From a virus, in the IMG/VR virus record IMGVR_UViG_3300037089_000131: DNA of 63,019 nt. The stretch is one strand, 5' to 3'. The notes under the pieces are model-generated. The model was not told the DNA's origin, did no database searches, and saw only the letters and a list, made by a program, of their open reading frames with translations. Positions 9,400-19,354 of this stretch are shown here, piece after piece. Position 1 is the first letter of the stretch. The number at the start of each line of letters is the position of its first letter. Both the position numbers and the translations under genes were made by a program.

Positions 9400-10667
9400 T
9401 GAAGCTGGAAAACCTGCTGAACATCGACAACCTTAACCGTCTGGTGACGGAGAGGTACATCGCCGTGCGCAAGCACCCGAGTCTGCCCCTGCGCATCTAC
9501 AACTACACCAGCGAGTGCATGTTCAAGAACATGTGGCCATATGAGGTCTGCGTCTGCCGGGGTCTCATCGTGGACGACAAGGACAACATCGTCAGCCGCC
9601 CCATCCCGAAGTTCTTCAACCTCGGGCAGTCAGGACCCTACATATTCCGCAACGCCCAAGGAAACTTGGAGGTTCGGGACGAGGTGTTTAGCGACCGCTT
9701 TCTCGTTGAGACATCGGAGTTCCTGCATGCCCCGCTCTCCATCACCCGCAAGCTGGACGGATGGGCGGGGATATCGTGGAACTACGAGGACAAGTGGGGG
9801 GTCGCCAGCCGTGGCTCCTTTGACTCGCCGGGGGCGCTCTATGCCACGGAGAAGTTCCAGAAGTTCGTCAAGTACACGGCAGTGGAGTTCATCCCCAAGG
9901 ACACTACCCTCTTCTTCGAGATAATCTCCAAGGAGACAAGGGTCGTCGTCCCCTATGACTTCGAGGGGTTGGTGCTCATCGCCGCCATCGACAACGACAC
10001 CGGGGAGGAGATGCGGCGGTCAGGCGTCGAGGCTCTCTACAAGGAAATCAACCAGTATGCCAAGGAACGCCCGTGGTGCCGGTTGGTGGAAGACTTCCCT
10101 ATGCGCTCGCTCGCCAAGTGCATGACGGACGACAGCATGACCGAGGAAGGGTATGTCGTCGCCATCCACCGGAATGGGCTTCCCCCTGTCCGGTCAAAGA
10201 TAAAGCTTGCCGAGTATTGCAGGCTGCATCGCATCCTGTGCGGCGTGACCCCGCAGAAGATTTGGCTGGAGCTTGCCGACCCGATGTCGTCTTGGGTCAA
10301 CCATGGCAGCAAGAAGGACTGGAAGACCGGCGAAATCAAGCATGACATGCAAATCCCGAGGGAGTTCGCCGACTGGGTGCTCGACTGGCACAAGCGCATA
10401 ACCGAGAGCTTCCACCAGAATCTTGTGGACGCCCTGCGTGTCGAGAAGGCGTTCGCCGACATGCGAACCGACGAGATGGCATGGAAGGAAATACAGGACA
10501 ACTGGGAGTATCTCAGGACAGCCGGTGGCTACTCCAAGGAAATCGTTAAGGTCGCCTCCAAGCTACATGGCGGCAAGGTGACGGAGGCATATGCCGACCT
10601 TTGGAACCTGGTGCGGCCGTTCGGCAGGGAGGAAGCTGCATTCTATTCGGAAGGGCAGGGTGAATGA
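9399..10667 (+). CDS. rnlA: RNA ligase (T4 RnlA/Rnl1-like)
   Basis: N-terminus YNYTSECMFKNMWPYEVCVCRGLIVDDKDNIVSRPIPKFFNL parallels T4 Rnl1 ([23 protein letters not shown]...ASRPMEKFFNL); nucleotidyltransferase motif I KLDG; TAATG overlap with the upstream stop. Confidence 0.8.
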   Translation: MKLENLLNIDNLNRLVTERYIAVRKHPSLPLRIYNYTSECMFKNMWPYEVCVCRGLIVDDKDNIVSRPIPKFFNLGQSGPYIFRNAQGNLEVRDEVFSDRFLVETSEFLHAPLSITRKLDGWAGISWNYEDKWGVASRGSFDSPGALYATEKFQKFVKYTAVEFIPKDTTLFFEIISKETRVVVPYDFEGLVLIAAIDNDTGEEMRRSGVEALYKEINQYAKERPWCRLVEDFPMRSLAKCMTDDSMTEEGYVVAIHRNGLPPVRSKIKLAEYCRLHRILCGVTPQKIWLELADPMSSWVNHGSKKDWKTGEIKHDMQIPREFADWVLDWHKRITESFHQNLVDALRVEKAFADMRTDEMAWKEIQDNWEYLRTAGGYSKEIVKVASKLHGGKVTEAYADLWNLVRPFGREEAAFYSEGQGE

Positions 10668-11110
10668 TGACCGACTACATGGACATGTTCGTGCTGATGA
10701 TGCTGGCCCATTTCACGGGGGACTATATCTTACAGAGCCAGTGGATGGCCACGGAGAAGTCCCACAAGGGCTGGCGGGGGCATAAAGCCTGCACCATCCA
10801 TGTCCTTGCCTACACCCTTGCCTTCGTGCTGGTCGCCGGGATATATAACCCATGGGCACTGCTGGCCATAGCCCTGCCCCACTGGCTCATCGACCGCTGG
10901 AGCCTCGCCAGTTACCTCCTGAGCTTCAAGAACGGGTACACCCTGCATGATGTCTGGCAGAAGGCACCCCTGTGCGCAGCGCCCGACCCGGACAAGCTGG
11001 CGTCGAACGTCTGGAAGGTCGCCTTCGCCGCCCCGGTGTACATCGTGAACGACAACACCATCCACTGGCTGTGCCTATTGCTCACGGCACGGTATTTCTA
11101 TGGGGGGTGA
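10664..11110 (+). CDS. integral membrane protein
   Basis: ATGA overlap; 3-4 hydrophobic helices. Confidence 0.5.
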   Translation: MMTDYMDMFVLMMLAHFTGDYILQSQWMATEKSHKGWRGHKACTIHVLAYTLAFVLVAGIYNPWALLAIALPHWLIDRWSLASYLLSFKNGYTLHDVWQKAPLCAAPDPDKLASNVWKVAFAAPVYIVNDNTIHWLCLLLTARYFYGG

Positions 11111-11116
11111 GGGTAG

Positions 11117-11314
11117 ATGCCTATGACACAGGACAAGATAGCGGCAGCACTGTCGGAGGGGGCACTCTCCATGAATCAACTGGTGAAGAGGGTCGCTACC
11201 GCTTCTCTGAGTGCTCAGGAGGTGCGCTCCAGCGTCCTTCCCATGATTAACTCGGGACGTTTGGTTCTTATGCACGACCTCAAACTAAAGCTCAGCAAGA
11301 CGTGGTCAGAGTAG
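11117..11314 (+). CDS. small hypothetical protein
   Basis: 65-aa ORF. Confidence 0.3.
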   Translation: MPMTQDKIAAALSEGALSMNQLVKRVATASLSAQEVRSSVLPMINSGRLVLMHDLKLKLSKTWSE

Positions 11315-11335
11315 TTAGAATTCAAGGAGGATTTC

Positions 11336-12517
11336 ATGTCGCATTTTTCCGTGCTGGTCATTGGTCCTGATGCCGAGAGGCAGCTTGCCCCCTACCATGA
11401 GTTCGAGTGTACCGGGAGGGACGACGAGTTCGTCAAGAGTGTCGATATCACGGAGGAGGCAAGGGAGCAGTATGCCTCCGACATGACCACCTACTACCAA
11501 GACCCCGAAGGAAATCTGCACTCGATGTTCATCGGGGGAGACTGGGACCCGCAGTTCTTCCGTGACCCCACCCCCGAGGAGATGGAAAAGCACAAGATGG
11601 GGGAGGTTGACCTAAGCAGCAGCGGGGCGGCAGACGGAATCGAGTGGTACAAGAAGGACTGGGGGGACGGGCGGGGCTACCGGGCAAAGGTAAAGTCCCT
11701 GCCGGAAGGCTGGAAGGAGGTCAAGGCCAATACCAACCTCATGGAAACCTTTGCCGAATGGGTCGAGGGCTACTACGGAACCACGGTCGTGCCGTTCGGG
11801 CAGGCTCCCGACCTGCACAAGACCCACAAGTACGGCTACATCCTCGTGGACGAGGCGGGGAATGTCATCAGGATTATCGACCGCACCAACCCCAACGCAC
11901 ACTGGGACTGGTTTCAGGTCGGCGGCAGGTGGAACGGCTTCTTCAAGCTCAAGCCGCAGACGAAGCACATGACAGCATTGGGAAGACCGGGTCTACAGAC
12001 CATGAACCACGACTACAAGCCCCCCGAGCGTGGACGGGCCGATGTGTGCCGCAAGGGGGATATCGACATCGACGGCATGCGGAACGAGGTCGGGGAAAGG
12101 GCTGCCGGGGAGTACGACAAGTACACAGCCATGACTGGCGGATGCTCATTGTTCATCACATGGAAAGAGACGCAGGAAAAAAACACGGTGGACGGAAAAG
12201 TGGACTGGGAGAAGGCCCGCACGGAATACAACGACCAGCCTGTCGTGAAGGCGCTCCGTGCCGACCGTGATGCCATGTGGTGGGACCTCGAAGACTTCCA
12301 GTGCAGCCGTGAGGAGTACATCGAGCATGCCCGTGCAGGGGCTTTGAGGACGTTTGCAGTCGTGAAGGACAGCCTGTGGTTTGAGCGTGGGCGCATGGGC
12401 TGGTGGGGATGCGTACACGACGAGAAGGATGACAACGAGTGGACCAAGCAGTTCTCGGAACTCATCGACTCATTGCCGGACGACACCCTGCTCACCGTGG
12501 CGGACTGCCACATCTAG
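11336..12517 (+). CDS. hypothetical protein
   Basis: 393-aa ORF with AAGGAGG RBS; no motif recognised. Confidence 0.5.
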   Translation: MSHFSVLVIGPDAERQLAPYHEFECTGRDDEFVKSVDITEEAREQYASDMTTYYQDPEGNLHSMFIGGDWDPQFFRDPTPEEMEKHKMGEVDLSSSGAADGIEWYKKDWGDGRGYRAKVKSLPEGWKEVKANTNLMETFAEWVEGYYGTTVVPFGQAPDLHKTHKYGYILVDEAGNVIRIIDRTNPNAHWDWFQVGGRWNGFFKLKPQTKHMTALGRPGLQTMNHDYKPPERGRADVCRKGDIDIDGMRNEVGERAAGEYDKYTAMTGGCSLFITWKETQEKNTVDGKVDWEKARTEYNDQPVVKALRADRDAMWWDLEDFQCSREEYIEHARAGALRTFAVVKDSLWFERGRMGWWGCVHDEKDDNEWTKQFSELIDSLPDDTLLTVADCHI

Positions 12518-12672
12518 GAGACTGCCATGTGCGCACTTTGACCGCAGGCAGCCGCAACGGTCGTTGCGGCCAGCGCCATGGGGATGACATGGTGGAGATA
12601 CTGGAGATATCGAACCCTTCAGTATCTCAGGAAGTTACTGAGCGGGAACATCTCGCTCTTTGAGAGGCAAAA

Positions 12673-13287
12673 ATGACCCCAGAGTTACCGGTCGGGAACA
12701 ATAGCCGGTTCCTGTCCCACTTCATATTCGCTGATGTCAAGGAGGAGTCCCAAGATGTCTCCGACAGACTCGCCAAGATTCTGCGGAAGAGGTTCCCCAA
12801 CGACTCCTTCATGCAGATAGCCTGCCCGGAGTCCCTGGACAACTATGTCTTCGAGCCGAACACCCCCGGAGATTACCTCAACCTCAACCCATCCGCCTGC
12901 GCCAAGACCTTGTTCATCGGCATCGGAACGGGTGGTCTGGCCTCCTACAGCATTCAGCAAGACCCACGGTACCGTGGCGTCTCCGTGTTCGCCATCTCGC
13001 CGCCTCCGGGCATAAGCACCGTGGCGGGCGGTGGACCTCGGGTGGTCATCTACGGGTCCAAGTACGGCGTGTACGGGATTCCCTCATTCCTGTTCAGCGA
13101 GCGGGTCAAGCGGGGAGAGACCCCCAGCCAGCTATATGCCCTTCCCTCCCTCATCCACGGTCCCAGGCTGGCGCTCTACTGCATCGCCTATCTGGTCGGA
13201 AACTACATGAAGAAAGAGGACCTGTCCCAAGATATATTCACCGTTACAGGGGACAACCAAATCCATGCAGCGGAGGGCTTGGAATGA
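12673..13287 (+). CDS. hypothetical protein
   Basis: 204-aa ORF. Confidence 0.5.
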   Translation: MTPELPVGNNSRFLSHFIFADVKEESQDVSDRLAKILRKRFPNDSFMQIACPESLDNYVFEPNTPGDYLNLNPSACAKTLFIGIGTGGLASYSIQQDPRYRGVSVFAISPPPGISTVAGGGPRVVIYGSKYGVYGIPSFLFSERVKRGETPSQLYALPSLIHGPRLALYCIAYLVGNYMKKEDLSQDIFTVTGDNQIHAAEGLE

Positions 13288-13406
13288 TTCACAGCTTGCT
13301 TTCCTTCATCACGAGGCGTCCGATGGACGCCTTCTCTGCCGGGATGTTCCTCATCATGTTCGTATGCTTCGCCTGCTACTGCCTGTACCACCCCGACCAC
13401 CCATAA
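13284..13406 (+). CDS. small hydrophobic peptide (40 aa)
   Basis: ATGA overlap with the upstream stop; single predicted TM segment; below the ORF-track cutoff. Confidence 0.25.
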   Translation: MIHSLLSFITRRPMDAFSAGMFLIMFVCFACYCLYHPDHP

Positions 13407-13457
13407 ATCCTGCGATTACAGTATCCTTCAATAGATAGATAGATATCGAGGAGGACT

Positions 13458-13730
13458 ATGGCTCCCAAGATGTTCCTAAGGGTCAACGGCATCAATATAT
13501 CCAAGGCATGGGTTCGCAACCGTCTTGAGGACGGCTCGCCGTTCGGCAGGCCAGAGGTCGTCATCGACGTGCCGGGAACGGAGGTTCTCCCTGCCCTCGG
13601 CGAGATAACCATCCGAGAAAATGACATTACCGGACTTCCCGGTTTCAAGGTAGAGGTAAAAGAAGGAAAGAGCAAGGATTGGAGGACGGTTACCCCCAAG
13701 GAGCTTGCTGACCTCCTGACGAAAGAATAA
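13458..13730 (+). CDS. hypothetical protein
   Basis: GAGGAGG RBS; 90 aa. Confidence 0.45.
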   Translation: MAPKMFLRVNGINISKAWVRNRLEDGSPFGRPEVVIDVPGTEVLPALGEITIRENDITGLPGFKVEVKEGKSKDWRTVTPKELADLLTKE

Positions 13731-13731
13731 C

Positions 13732-13989
13732 ATGGCAAAAAAGAGGGTCAATCCCGACATCGACGAGCTTCTCTTCCACGACGAGCTACCGGGCGAGGAG
13801 TACTCGGAGGAGTACGACTTCTTCGAGGAGCAGGAGCCTGACAAGGAGCCTGACGAGAGTGGGGAGGAAGAGGGGGAAGACCTTCTACAGGAGCTTGAAA
13901 TAGGCAAGAACGGCCATATCGTCAAGCGGCATCGCCGGGGTCACAGTGACGAAGAGGAAGACGAGATAGTATTAAACTGGGATGAATAG
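13732..13989 (+). CDS. acidic hypothetical protein
   Basis: 85 aa; long D/E-rich tract. Confidence 0.4.
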   Translation: MAKKRVNPDIDELLFHDELPGEEYSEEYDFFEEQEPDKEPDESGEEEGEDLLQELEIGKNGHIVKRHRRGHSDEEEDEIVLNWDE

Positions 13990-14073
13990 AAAACAACCTA
14001 ATACCAAAATCAGATAATCCACCACCCCTAAATAGAAAATGGACTTCCTATAGTATTATGGGAAGGAAGCTTT

Positions 14074-14775
14074 ATGTTCATCTACCTTATTGTAAACCAC
14101 AATACTGGTAAGTATTATATCGGTCAACACAAGGGAACAAACCTGAGAAAGTACCTTCAGGATAAGCTATCTCAGGCTAAACATGGACAAGGGGGAAGTT
14201 CCCGCCTCTATCGTTCCATGCGCAAACATCCTCTCCCATTCATCTGGTCCATCCATGCCCTACGCTCCGATATCCAGACAAGGGAAGAGCTTAACGAGAC
14301 GGAACGTGATTTCATCGGGGTCCTGCGCTCGCAGGACCCCGAGTATGGCTACAACATCTGCCGGGGAGGGGAGGGGTTCACGGGGTCTGTATCCCAAGAG
14401 ACTCGTCTGCGGTGTTCTGCATCCCAGCTAAAACGCTTCAAAAACAACCCCCTATCTTCTGAGGCTGTTAAAAGATTAAGGGAGTTAGCCGCCAGCAAGA
14501 GGGGAATGAAGAGAGCGGCTCATATCGGAGAGCGTATCTCTAAAAAGCTAACCGGTCGTGTATTTTCTCCAGAGACCTTAAAAAAAATGAAAGAGGGGCA
14601 GAAGAGGCGGTTCCAGCAACAGCCGGTTTCTGACGAAACAAGGTGTAGAATGTCAGTATCAGCATCTTTGAGGGTTAAAACCACAGGATTCACGGATGAC
14701 CACAGAAAACATATCAGCGAGGGACAAAGCCAAAGATGGGCAGCAGCTAGAGCAGCTATGCCCGCTGATAACTGA
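14074..14775 (+). CDS. GIY-YIG homing endonuclease with NUMOD3 repeats
   Basis: IYLIVNHNTGKYYIGQH (GIY-YIG), YNICRGGEG, then four or more S/T-x-E-T-R/K...R NUMOD3-like repeats; AT-rich upstream island. Confidence 0.8.
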   Translation: MFIYLIVNHNTGKYYIGQHKGTNLRKYLQDKLSQAKHGQGGSSRLYRSMRKHPLPFIWSIHALRSDIQTREELNETERDFIGVLRSQDPEYGYNICRGGEGFTGSVSQETRLRCSASQLKRFKNNPLSSEAVKRLRELAASKRGMKRAAHIGERISKKLTGRVFSPETLKKMKEGQKRRFQQQPVSDETRCRMSVSASLRVKTTGFTDDHRKHISEGQSQRWAAARAAMPADN

Positions 14776-16753
14776 CTATACAAACGAGTTGGGAATCAGT
14801 CAGGATGTGCTCTACAGGCTTTACCTGCTCAGGAAGTGGGATAGCCATATAGATGAAGGTACAGGAGATGTTCATAATCCCATACCGTTCAAGTGGCCAT
14901 CCTTGCTTAGAACTAGAATCTTTGACCTCAATACTGAGCAAGAAGGAGACCCCTTAACCCTCCGTGAATACCAAAAGGTACAAATTCATCATTTCGTGCG
15001 CATGAACAGGTTCATGTGCGGGGACGCCGTCGGCCTCAGGAAGACCTCCGACGCCATCGCCGCCGTGTGCTGGCTGAAGGACCGCATCCCGGACCTGAAG
15101 GTGCTCATCGTCACCACCAAGTCTACCCTGTGGCAATGGCACGACGAGATACGCCGGTTCAGCCTCCTGCGCCCCTTCGTCATGGTGGACAAGTACCGTG
15201 GCCTCAAGTCCTATACCGCACGCCATCAACAACTTAGGGACTTCCTTTCTGGTCACAAGAAGGATGTCCTCATCGGCAAGTACAGTTCCATGATTGGGAA
15301 GCGGAAGCCCACCGGGGAATTCGACGACAACGGCAAGCCCAAGATAGAGGCGGTGTCCTCGGAGATACGGGAGTTCACCAAGATAATCAAGCAGCACGGG
15401 GAGCGCACCATCCTCATCTTCGACGAGGCGCACCGCTTCAAGACGCCGGGGAGCCAGACCCGTGCCCTCGTCATCTACATGTCTAAGGCTTCCCGGTGGG
15501 CTTGGGGTCTTACCGGCACCGTCATGAAGAACTCGGCGGACGAGTTCTACGCTGCCATGTCTGCCCTCGGCATCCGCCCGTTCGGGTCCATGTGGGACTT
15601 CGGGGAGCAGTTCTGCATCTTCCACAAGGAGTATGTCGGCAGGGGCATGCACAAGCGGGTGCTCGACGGCTACAAGAACATGGAGGAGTTCAAGAAGGGG
15701 CTGCGTCCCTTCTACCTCGGGCGCTCGCAGGCACAGGTGAAGGAGCCTCTGCCGACGCTCCAGACCATCTACCATCCGGTTGACCTGGACGACAGGCAGA
15801 CCAAGCTGCTGCTGGACGAGATACCCAACGGTACCTTCGTCCTCCCCCCGGCGCTGAAGAAGATTGCCGGGGAGGTATACGAGTTCGAGCGGGACCCCAG
15901 CAACGCCATGACGATGATGTCCGTCCAGCAGCTTGTGGCCAACCACTGGGGGCTTCTCGACCGGGAGGACAAGAAGAGCTTCTACTCCCCTACCCTGTCC
16001 CCCAAGGAAGAAGCTCTCCTCGACCTCTTGGACGGCGACCTGAAGGGTGAGAAGGTTATTGTTTTCAGCAAGTTCCTAAGACATATCGACAGGCTGGAGC
16101 AGATTACCAAGGACGGCAAGTTCACCAGCCGCAACATCCTGCGCATCACCGGGAAGGAGAACGAGAAGCAGAGGAACGTCGCCAAGCGGCTGTTCCAGGA
16201 ATCGCCTGACCATGACCTCATCTTCATCAATGCGGCCGGTATCGAGGGACTAAACCTCCAGCAGGCTGCCCATATGGTCTGCCTTGACCTACCGTGGTCG
16301 TGGGGCGACCTGATTCAATTAGTGGGCAGGATGGTGCGGTCGGCCTCTCCGCACACGTCCTGCACCCTCCACATCCTCGTGGCGAAGGGTACGGTGGACG
16401 AGTACACCGTCGATGTCCTCATCGGGAAGAAGGGGGTGTTCGAGGCCATCCTCGGGGAGAGCAGCAGCGCCGGGCTTCTGGGCGGCAGCCAAGACCTGGA
16501 CTTGGACAGCGGGATGGAATGCGACTCGGACGACAAGTTCAAGCTCGAACTGCTCCTTCATGCCCACCGCCGTTCGGCATCCATGAAGAAGTTCCTTGAG
16601 GGTGACCGCATCAACATGGCCATAGGCGACGAGGACTACACGATGATATTCGAGAAAAGGGGCAAGAAATCCAGTAATATCAAGTCAAGGAACCAGGTGC
16701 CAGACCAAGCCATGGCGGAGGAGCCAGAGGAATGCGACTTTCAATTATCATAG
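14696..16753 (+). CDS. Snf2/Rad54-family ATPase (helicase-like)
   Basis: LREYQKVQIHHF, LIVTTKSTLWQW, DEAH box IFDEAHRFK, LTGTVMKNSADEF, C-terminal helicase motifs FINAAGIEGLNLQQA and LVGRMVRS. The ATG at 14696 overlaps the GIY-YIG gene by 80 nt, so the true start is uncertain. Confidence 0.75.
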   Translation: MTTENISARDKAKDGQQLEQLCPLITDYTNELGISQDVLYRLYLLRKWDSHIDEGTGDVHNPIPFKWPSLLRTRIFDLNTEQEGDPLTLREYQKVQIHHFVRMNRFMCGDAVGLRKTSDAIAAVCWLKDRIPDLKVLIVTTKSTLWQWHDEIRRFSLLRPFVMVDKYRGLKSYTARHQQLRDFLSGHKKDVLIGKYSSMIGKRKPTGEFDDNGKPKIEAVSSEIREFTKIIKQHGERTILIFDEAHRFKTPGSQTRALVIYMSKASRWAWGLTGTVMKNSADEFYAAMSALGIRPFGSMWDFGEQFCIFHKEYVGRGMHKRVLDGYKNMEEFKKGLRPFYLGRSQAQVKEPLPTLQTIYHPVDLDDRQTKLLLDEIPNGTFVLPPALKKIAGEVYEFERDPSNAMTMMSVQQLVANHWGLLDREDKKSFYSPTLSPKEEALLDLLDGDLKGEKVIVFSKFLRHIDRLEQITKDGKFTSRNILRITGKENEKQRNVAKRLFQESPDHDLIFINAAGIEGLNLQQAAHMVCLDLPWSWGDLIQLVGRMVRSASPHTSCTLHILVAKGTVDEYTVDVLIGKKGVFEAILGESSSAGLLGGSQDLDLDSGMECDSDDKFKLELLLHAHRRSASMKKFLEGDRINMAIGDEDYTMIFEKRGKKSSNIKSRNQVPDQAMAEEPEECDFQLS

Positions 16754-16782
16754 CGAACTGCTGGACCCTCTTCAAGAATCTT

Positions 16783-17046
16783 ATGACCATGGAGATAACC
16801 ATCACCACCAGGCGGGAGATTCTCCTCCGGGAGATTGACGGCAGGCTGGTGACCTTGGACGAATGGAGAGGGTACAACGAGTGCGCCCGGCTGGGCTGTG
16901 GCCACTACCTATGCGAGCATGCCTTCACCACGGAGGCTCCTCCCGAGGGTGCTGGCGAGAAGGCAGCCCCGCCGATAATTACCGACGCCGGGTGCGGCAA
17001 CGCCGGATGCGACTGCCTCGAATTCTTGGACAAGGACAAGCTATGA
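16783..17046 (+). CDS. hypothetical Cys-rich protein
   Basis: CGHYLCEH...CGNAGCDC. Confidence 0.35.
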   Translation: MTMEITITTRREILLREIDGRLVTLDEWRGYNECARLGCGHYLCEHAFTTEAPPEGAGEKAAPPIITDAGCGNAGCDCLEFLDKDKL

Positions 17047-17267
17047 GCGAAACGAGACTCAACTTGGTGTGCCAGTGCGGATGGAGGAGCGGGGTAGCAG
17101 TAGACCTGTGGAACCCCGCAGAAGCGGTACAGAAGTGCCCCTACTGCCCGCAGTGCCAGCGCCCCACAACTTCGTTCAACGTCCGGCTGGAGAAGTGGGT
17201 ATCCATTGCCACTTGGTATAAACCCTGGACTTGGGGTATTGGATACTGGGAAGAGAAGAGGGGGTAA
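17043..17267 (+). CDS. Zn-ribbon protein
   Basis: CQCG...CPYCPQC; ATGA overlap. Confidence 0.35.
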   Translation: MSETRLNLVCQCGWRSGVAVDLWNPAEAVQKCPYCPQCQRPTTSFNVRLEKWVSIATWYKPWTWGIGYWEEKRG

Positions 17268-17270
17268 GGG

Positions 17271-17612
17271 ATGAGCGACTTTGTTGTCCAGACAGTGACC
17301 ATCAGCCTTGAGGTATCCGACAAGGAGTACGGGAACGGCACCAGCCGGTTCATCAATCTAAAAGGCAGGTATCAGGAAGGTGGGATACCCTTGGAGGAGA
17401 TTGCCGAGGTTATGGACGACAGCCTCGACATGTTCCTTGCGGCGTGGAAGTCCCTGCTGGCCGCCAAGTTCTCCCAAGGCATCATCGCCGGGGCAGCACT
17501 GAAGGAAAAGATAGACAATGCCATAACTCAGACGGCGAAAGTCAAGGCATACCTCAGGAGGAAAGAAGATGGAACCGGACCCAATCCCGCAGAACAACCG
17601 AGCAATCAATAA
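17271..17612 (+). CDS. hypothetical protein
   Basis: 113 aa. Confidence 0.45.
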   Translation: MSDFVVQTVTISLEVSDKEYGNGTSRFINLKGRYQEGGIPLEEIAEVMDDSLDMFLAAWKSLLAAKFSQGIIAGAALKEKIDNAITQTAKVKAYLRRKEDGTGPNPAEQPSNQ

Positions 17613-18078
17613 GGCAGGGATGAGCATCCTGCAAGACTGGGTGGCGAAGCTCCCTCTCCGCTACCAAGGGACCTTGCTCACGTGCATCCGGGGATGCGAC
17701 GACGAGCCTAAGACTTGGATAAACGGCGGTGTCGCCTACAGCCCCGGCAGGCGCATCACCGCCTACCTCCGTTTGAACATCATGAACCCCGCCGACCTGC
17801 GGGAGGTAGACGAGGAGGAGGGGGCATTCTTCATGAGCAGCCCGCCCGACCCGTGGAAGCCTTCGGCGTTCGGGCACCTTCCCCTCCACTGGTACACCCA
17901 CGTGATGCACTCACTGGAAATCCTTGGCCATCACCACCCGTCCTGGGAAGTAAGGACAGACTGCATGCGGATGTATCTCAAGATGGTCAGCAATCTTCAC
18001 CTCAACCCGGAGACGCAGGAGCAGATGTACGAGCGCCTCACCGAGGACCGGATGCTGAAAGGGACGGTGCTCACGTGA
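17569..18078 (+). CDS. hypothetical protein
   Basis: 169 aa. Confidence 0.45.
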   Translation: MEPDPIPQNNRAINKAGMSILQDWVAKLPLRYQGTLLTCIRGCDDEPKTWINGGVAYSPGRRITAYLRLNIMNPADLREVDEEEGAFFMSSPPDPWKPSAFGHLPLHWYTHVMHSLEILGHHHPSWEVRTDCMRMYLKMVSNLHLNPETQEQMYERLTEDRMLKGTVLT

Positions 18079-18893
18079 TTGACAACTTCCTAATCGACTC
18101 CCTCCGGGCAGAGCACTTGCTGCAAGGCTCGCATGTTCTGGGCTACGTGGGGACGCTCACGCAGGAGCTTACCTACAACTCGGACGGCAAGGCAATATCC
18201 TATGAGGACCTCTACTCCAGCCTTGCTGCCGAGGTCGATGGGCTGCCTACCCTCCATCTGGACCTTGCCGTGGCTCCCGGAACGGAGTCCCAGTACAGCA
18301 TCCAGCTTACCATGTCGATGGAGAAGGTCGTGGACGACTGCGACCGGGTATCCCACAAGGTGAGCAAGTTCGAGTCCAAGACCCGTGAGGCAGGCGGAAA
18401 GCTCAGGCGGCTCCACGGGGAGTTCGGGGCATGGTTTGCCGTGGCGGCCGGGAAGCGGCTGGCGGAAGCGCAGATAAAGCTGTCCGCCGTTCAGGTCAAG
18501 CAGCTTGCCGACTCCGAGTTCTCCCGGCTCACCGGCAGCCTCGACATCACGATGGAGAGCCTGCTTAGCTCCGTCAAGCTCCTCAGGACGGAAATAAAGG
18601 AGCACAAGAAGACCCAGATGGACAAGTACGCCATGGGCAAAGACCAGGTCAATGCCTCGTGGACCAGCCACATGCCTACCTTCAACGGCAACGGGGACAT
18701 CACCACCGAGACGCCGGGCAGGCTCTTGGAGGCTAAGTCCCTGCTGGAAGAGCCGGAAGAGGACATAGACTTCCCGCTCTTGGAGGCACCGTCTCCCCCC
18801 TTTGAAATCAAGGGGACATTCCAGAAGACCGGCACGCCCCGCCCGGTAACCCTAGTGGCAGGCGACCTTGGAGAGTTGGATGGTCAGGATTGA
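18075..18893 (+). CDS. hypothetical protein (coiled-coil-rich)
   Basis: Likely GTG start overlapping the upstream stop (GTGA); the in-frame 17715 ORF lies on top of 17569..18078. Confidence 0.45.
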   Translation: MIDNFLIDSLRAEHLLQGSHVLGYVGTLTQELTYNSDGKAISYEDLYSSLAAEVDGLPTLHLDLAVAPGTESQYSIQLTMSMEKVVDDCDRVSHKVSKFESKTREAGGKLRRLHGEFGAWFAVAAGKRLAEAQIKLSAVQVKQLADSEFSRLTGSLDITMESLLSSVKLLRTEIKEHKKTQMDKYAMGKDQVNASWTSHMPTFNGNGDITTETPGRLLEAKSLLEEPEEDIDFPLLEAPSPPFEIKGTFQKTGTPRPVTLVAGDLGELDGQD

Positions 18894-19344
18894 GGTAGAC
18901 CCTAAGTTCCGTGGACCCACCCTTACCGACATCGAACCCACCCTCCATGAAAGAGCCAAGGACAAGCCTATCAAGGTAGGCTGGCGGGGGACGAGGGAGG
19001 AGATAAGGCTCCTTGAGTCCCATGCTGACCGGAGCTTCATCGTGTGTGTTCCCAGCCTCCATGAGATGGGGACGGCGGCGTTCCGGCTAGGGGCGCTCAT
19101 CCAGATGGGGGTCAATATTCTCACTACGGGAAGGGACTCCCTGTTTGTCAAGAAGTCCTACAACTGGAAGGAATTCTCGGGCGAGATGGGTCCATCGGTT
19201 ACAAAGAGCATCGTGGTCAGGATGGCGGCCGACGCCGTCCGTCAGGGGATGAGACCAAGGCTAGCTGCCGTCGCCACCGATGTACTGCACGGCAGGGTCA
19301 GCCCGACCGATGCCGATGTCCTCATACGGGCATGGAAGGGATGA
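18868..19344 (+). CDS. hypothetical protein
   Basis: 158 aa. Confidence 0.45.
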   Translation: MESWMVRIEVDPKFRGPTLTDIEPTLHERAKDKPIKVGWRGTREEIRLLESHADRSFIVCVPSLHEMGTAAFRLGALIQMGVNILTTGRDSLFVKKSYNWKEFSGEMGPSVTKSIVVRMAADAVRQGMRPRLAAVATDVLHGRVSPTDADVLIRAWKG

Positions 19345-19354
19345 TGGAGGGACA

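Noticed and set aside
13431-13446. (ATAG)3-4 microsatellite GATAGATAGATAGATAT
   Set aside because: A short simple repeat in an intergenic region just upstream of an RBS, with no evidence of function.
18868-19344. Serine recombinase or integrase candidate
   Set aside because: Superficial resemblance only. No catalytic Ser-Arg motif context, no Tyr-recombinase R-H-R-Y pattern and no att-like repeats anywhere in the window. No integrase is called.
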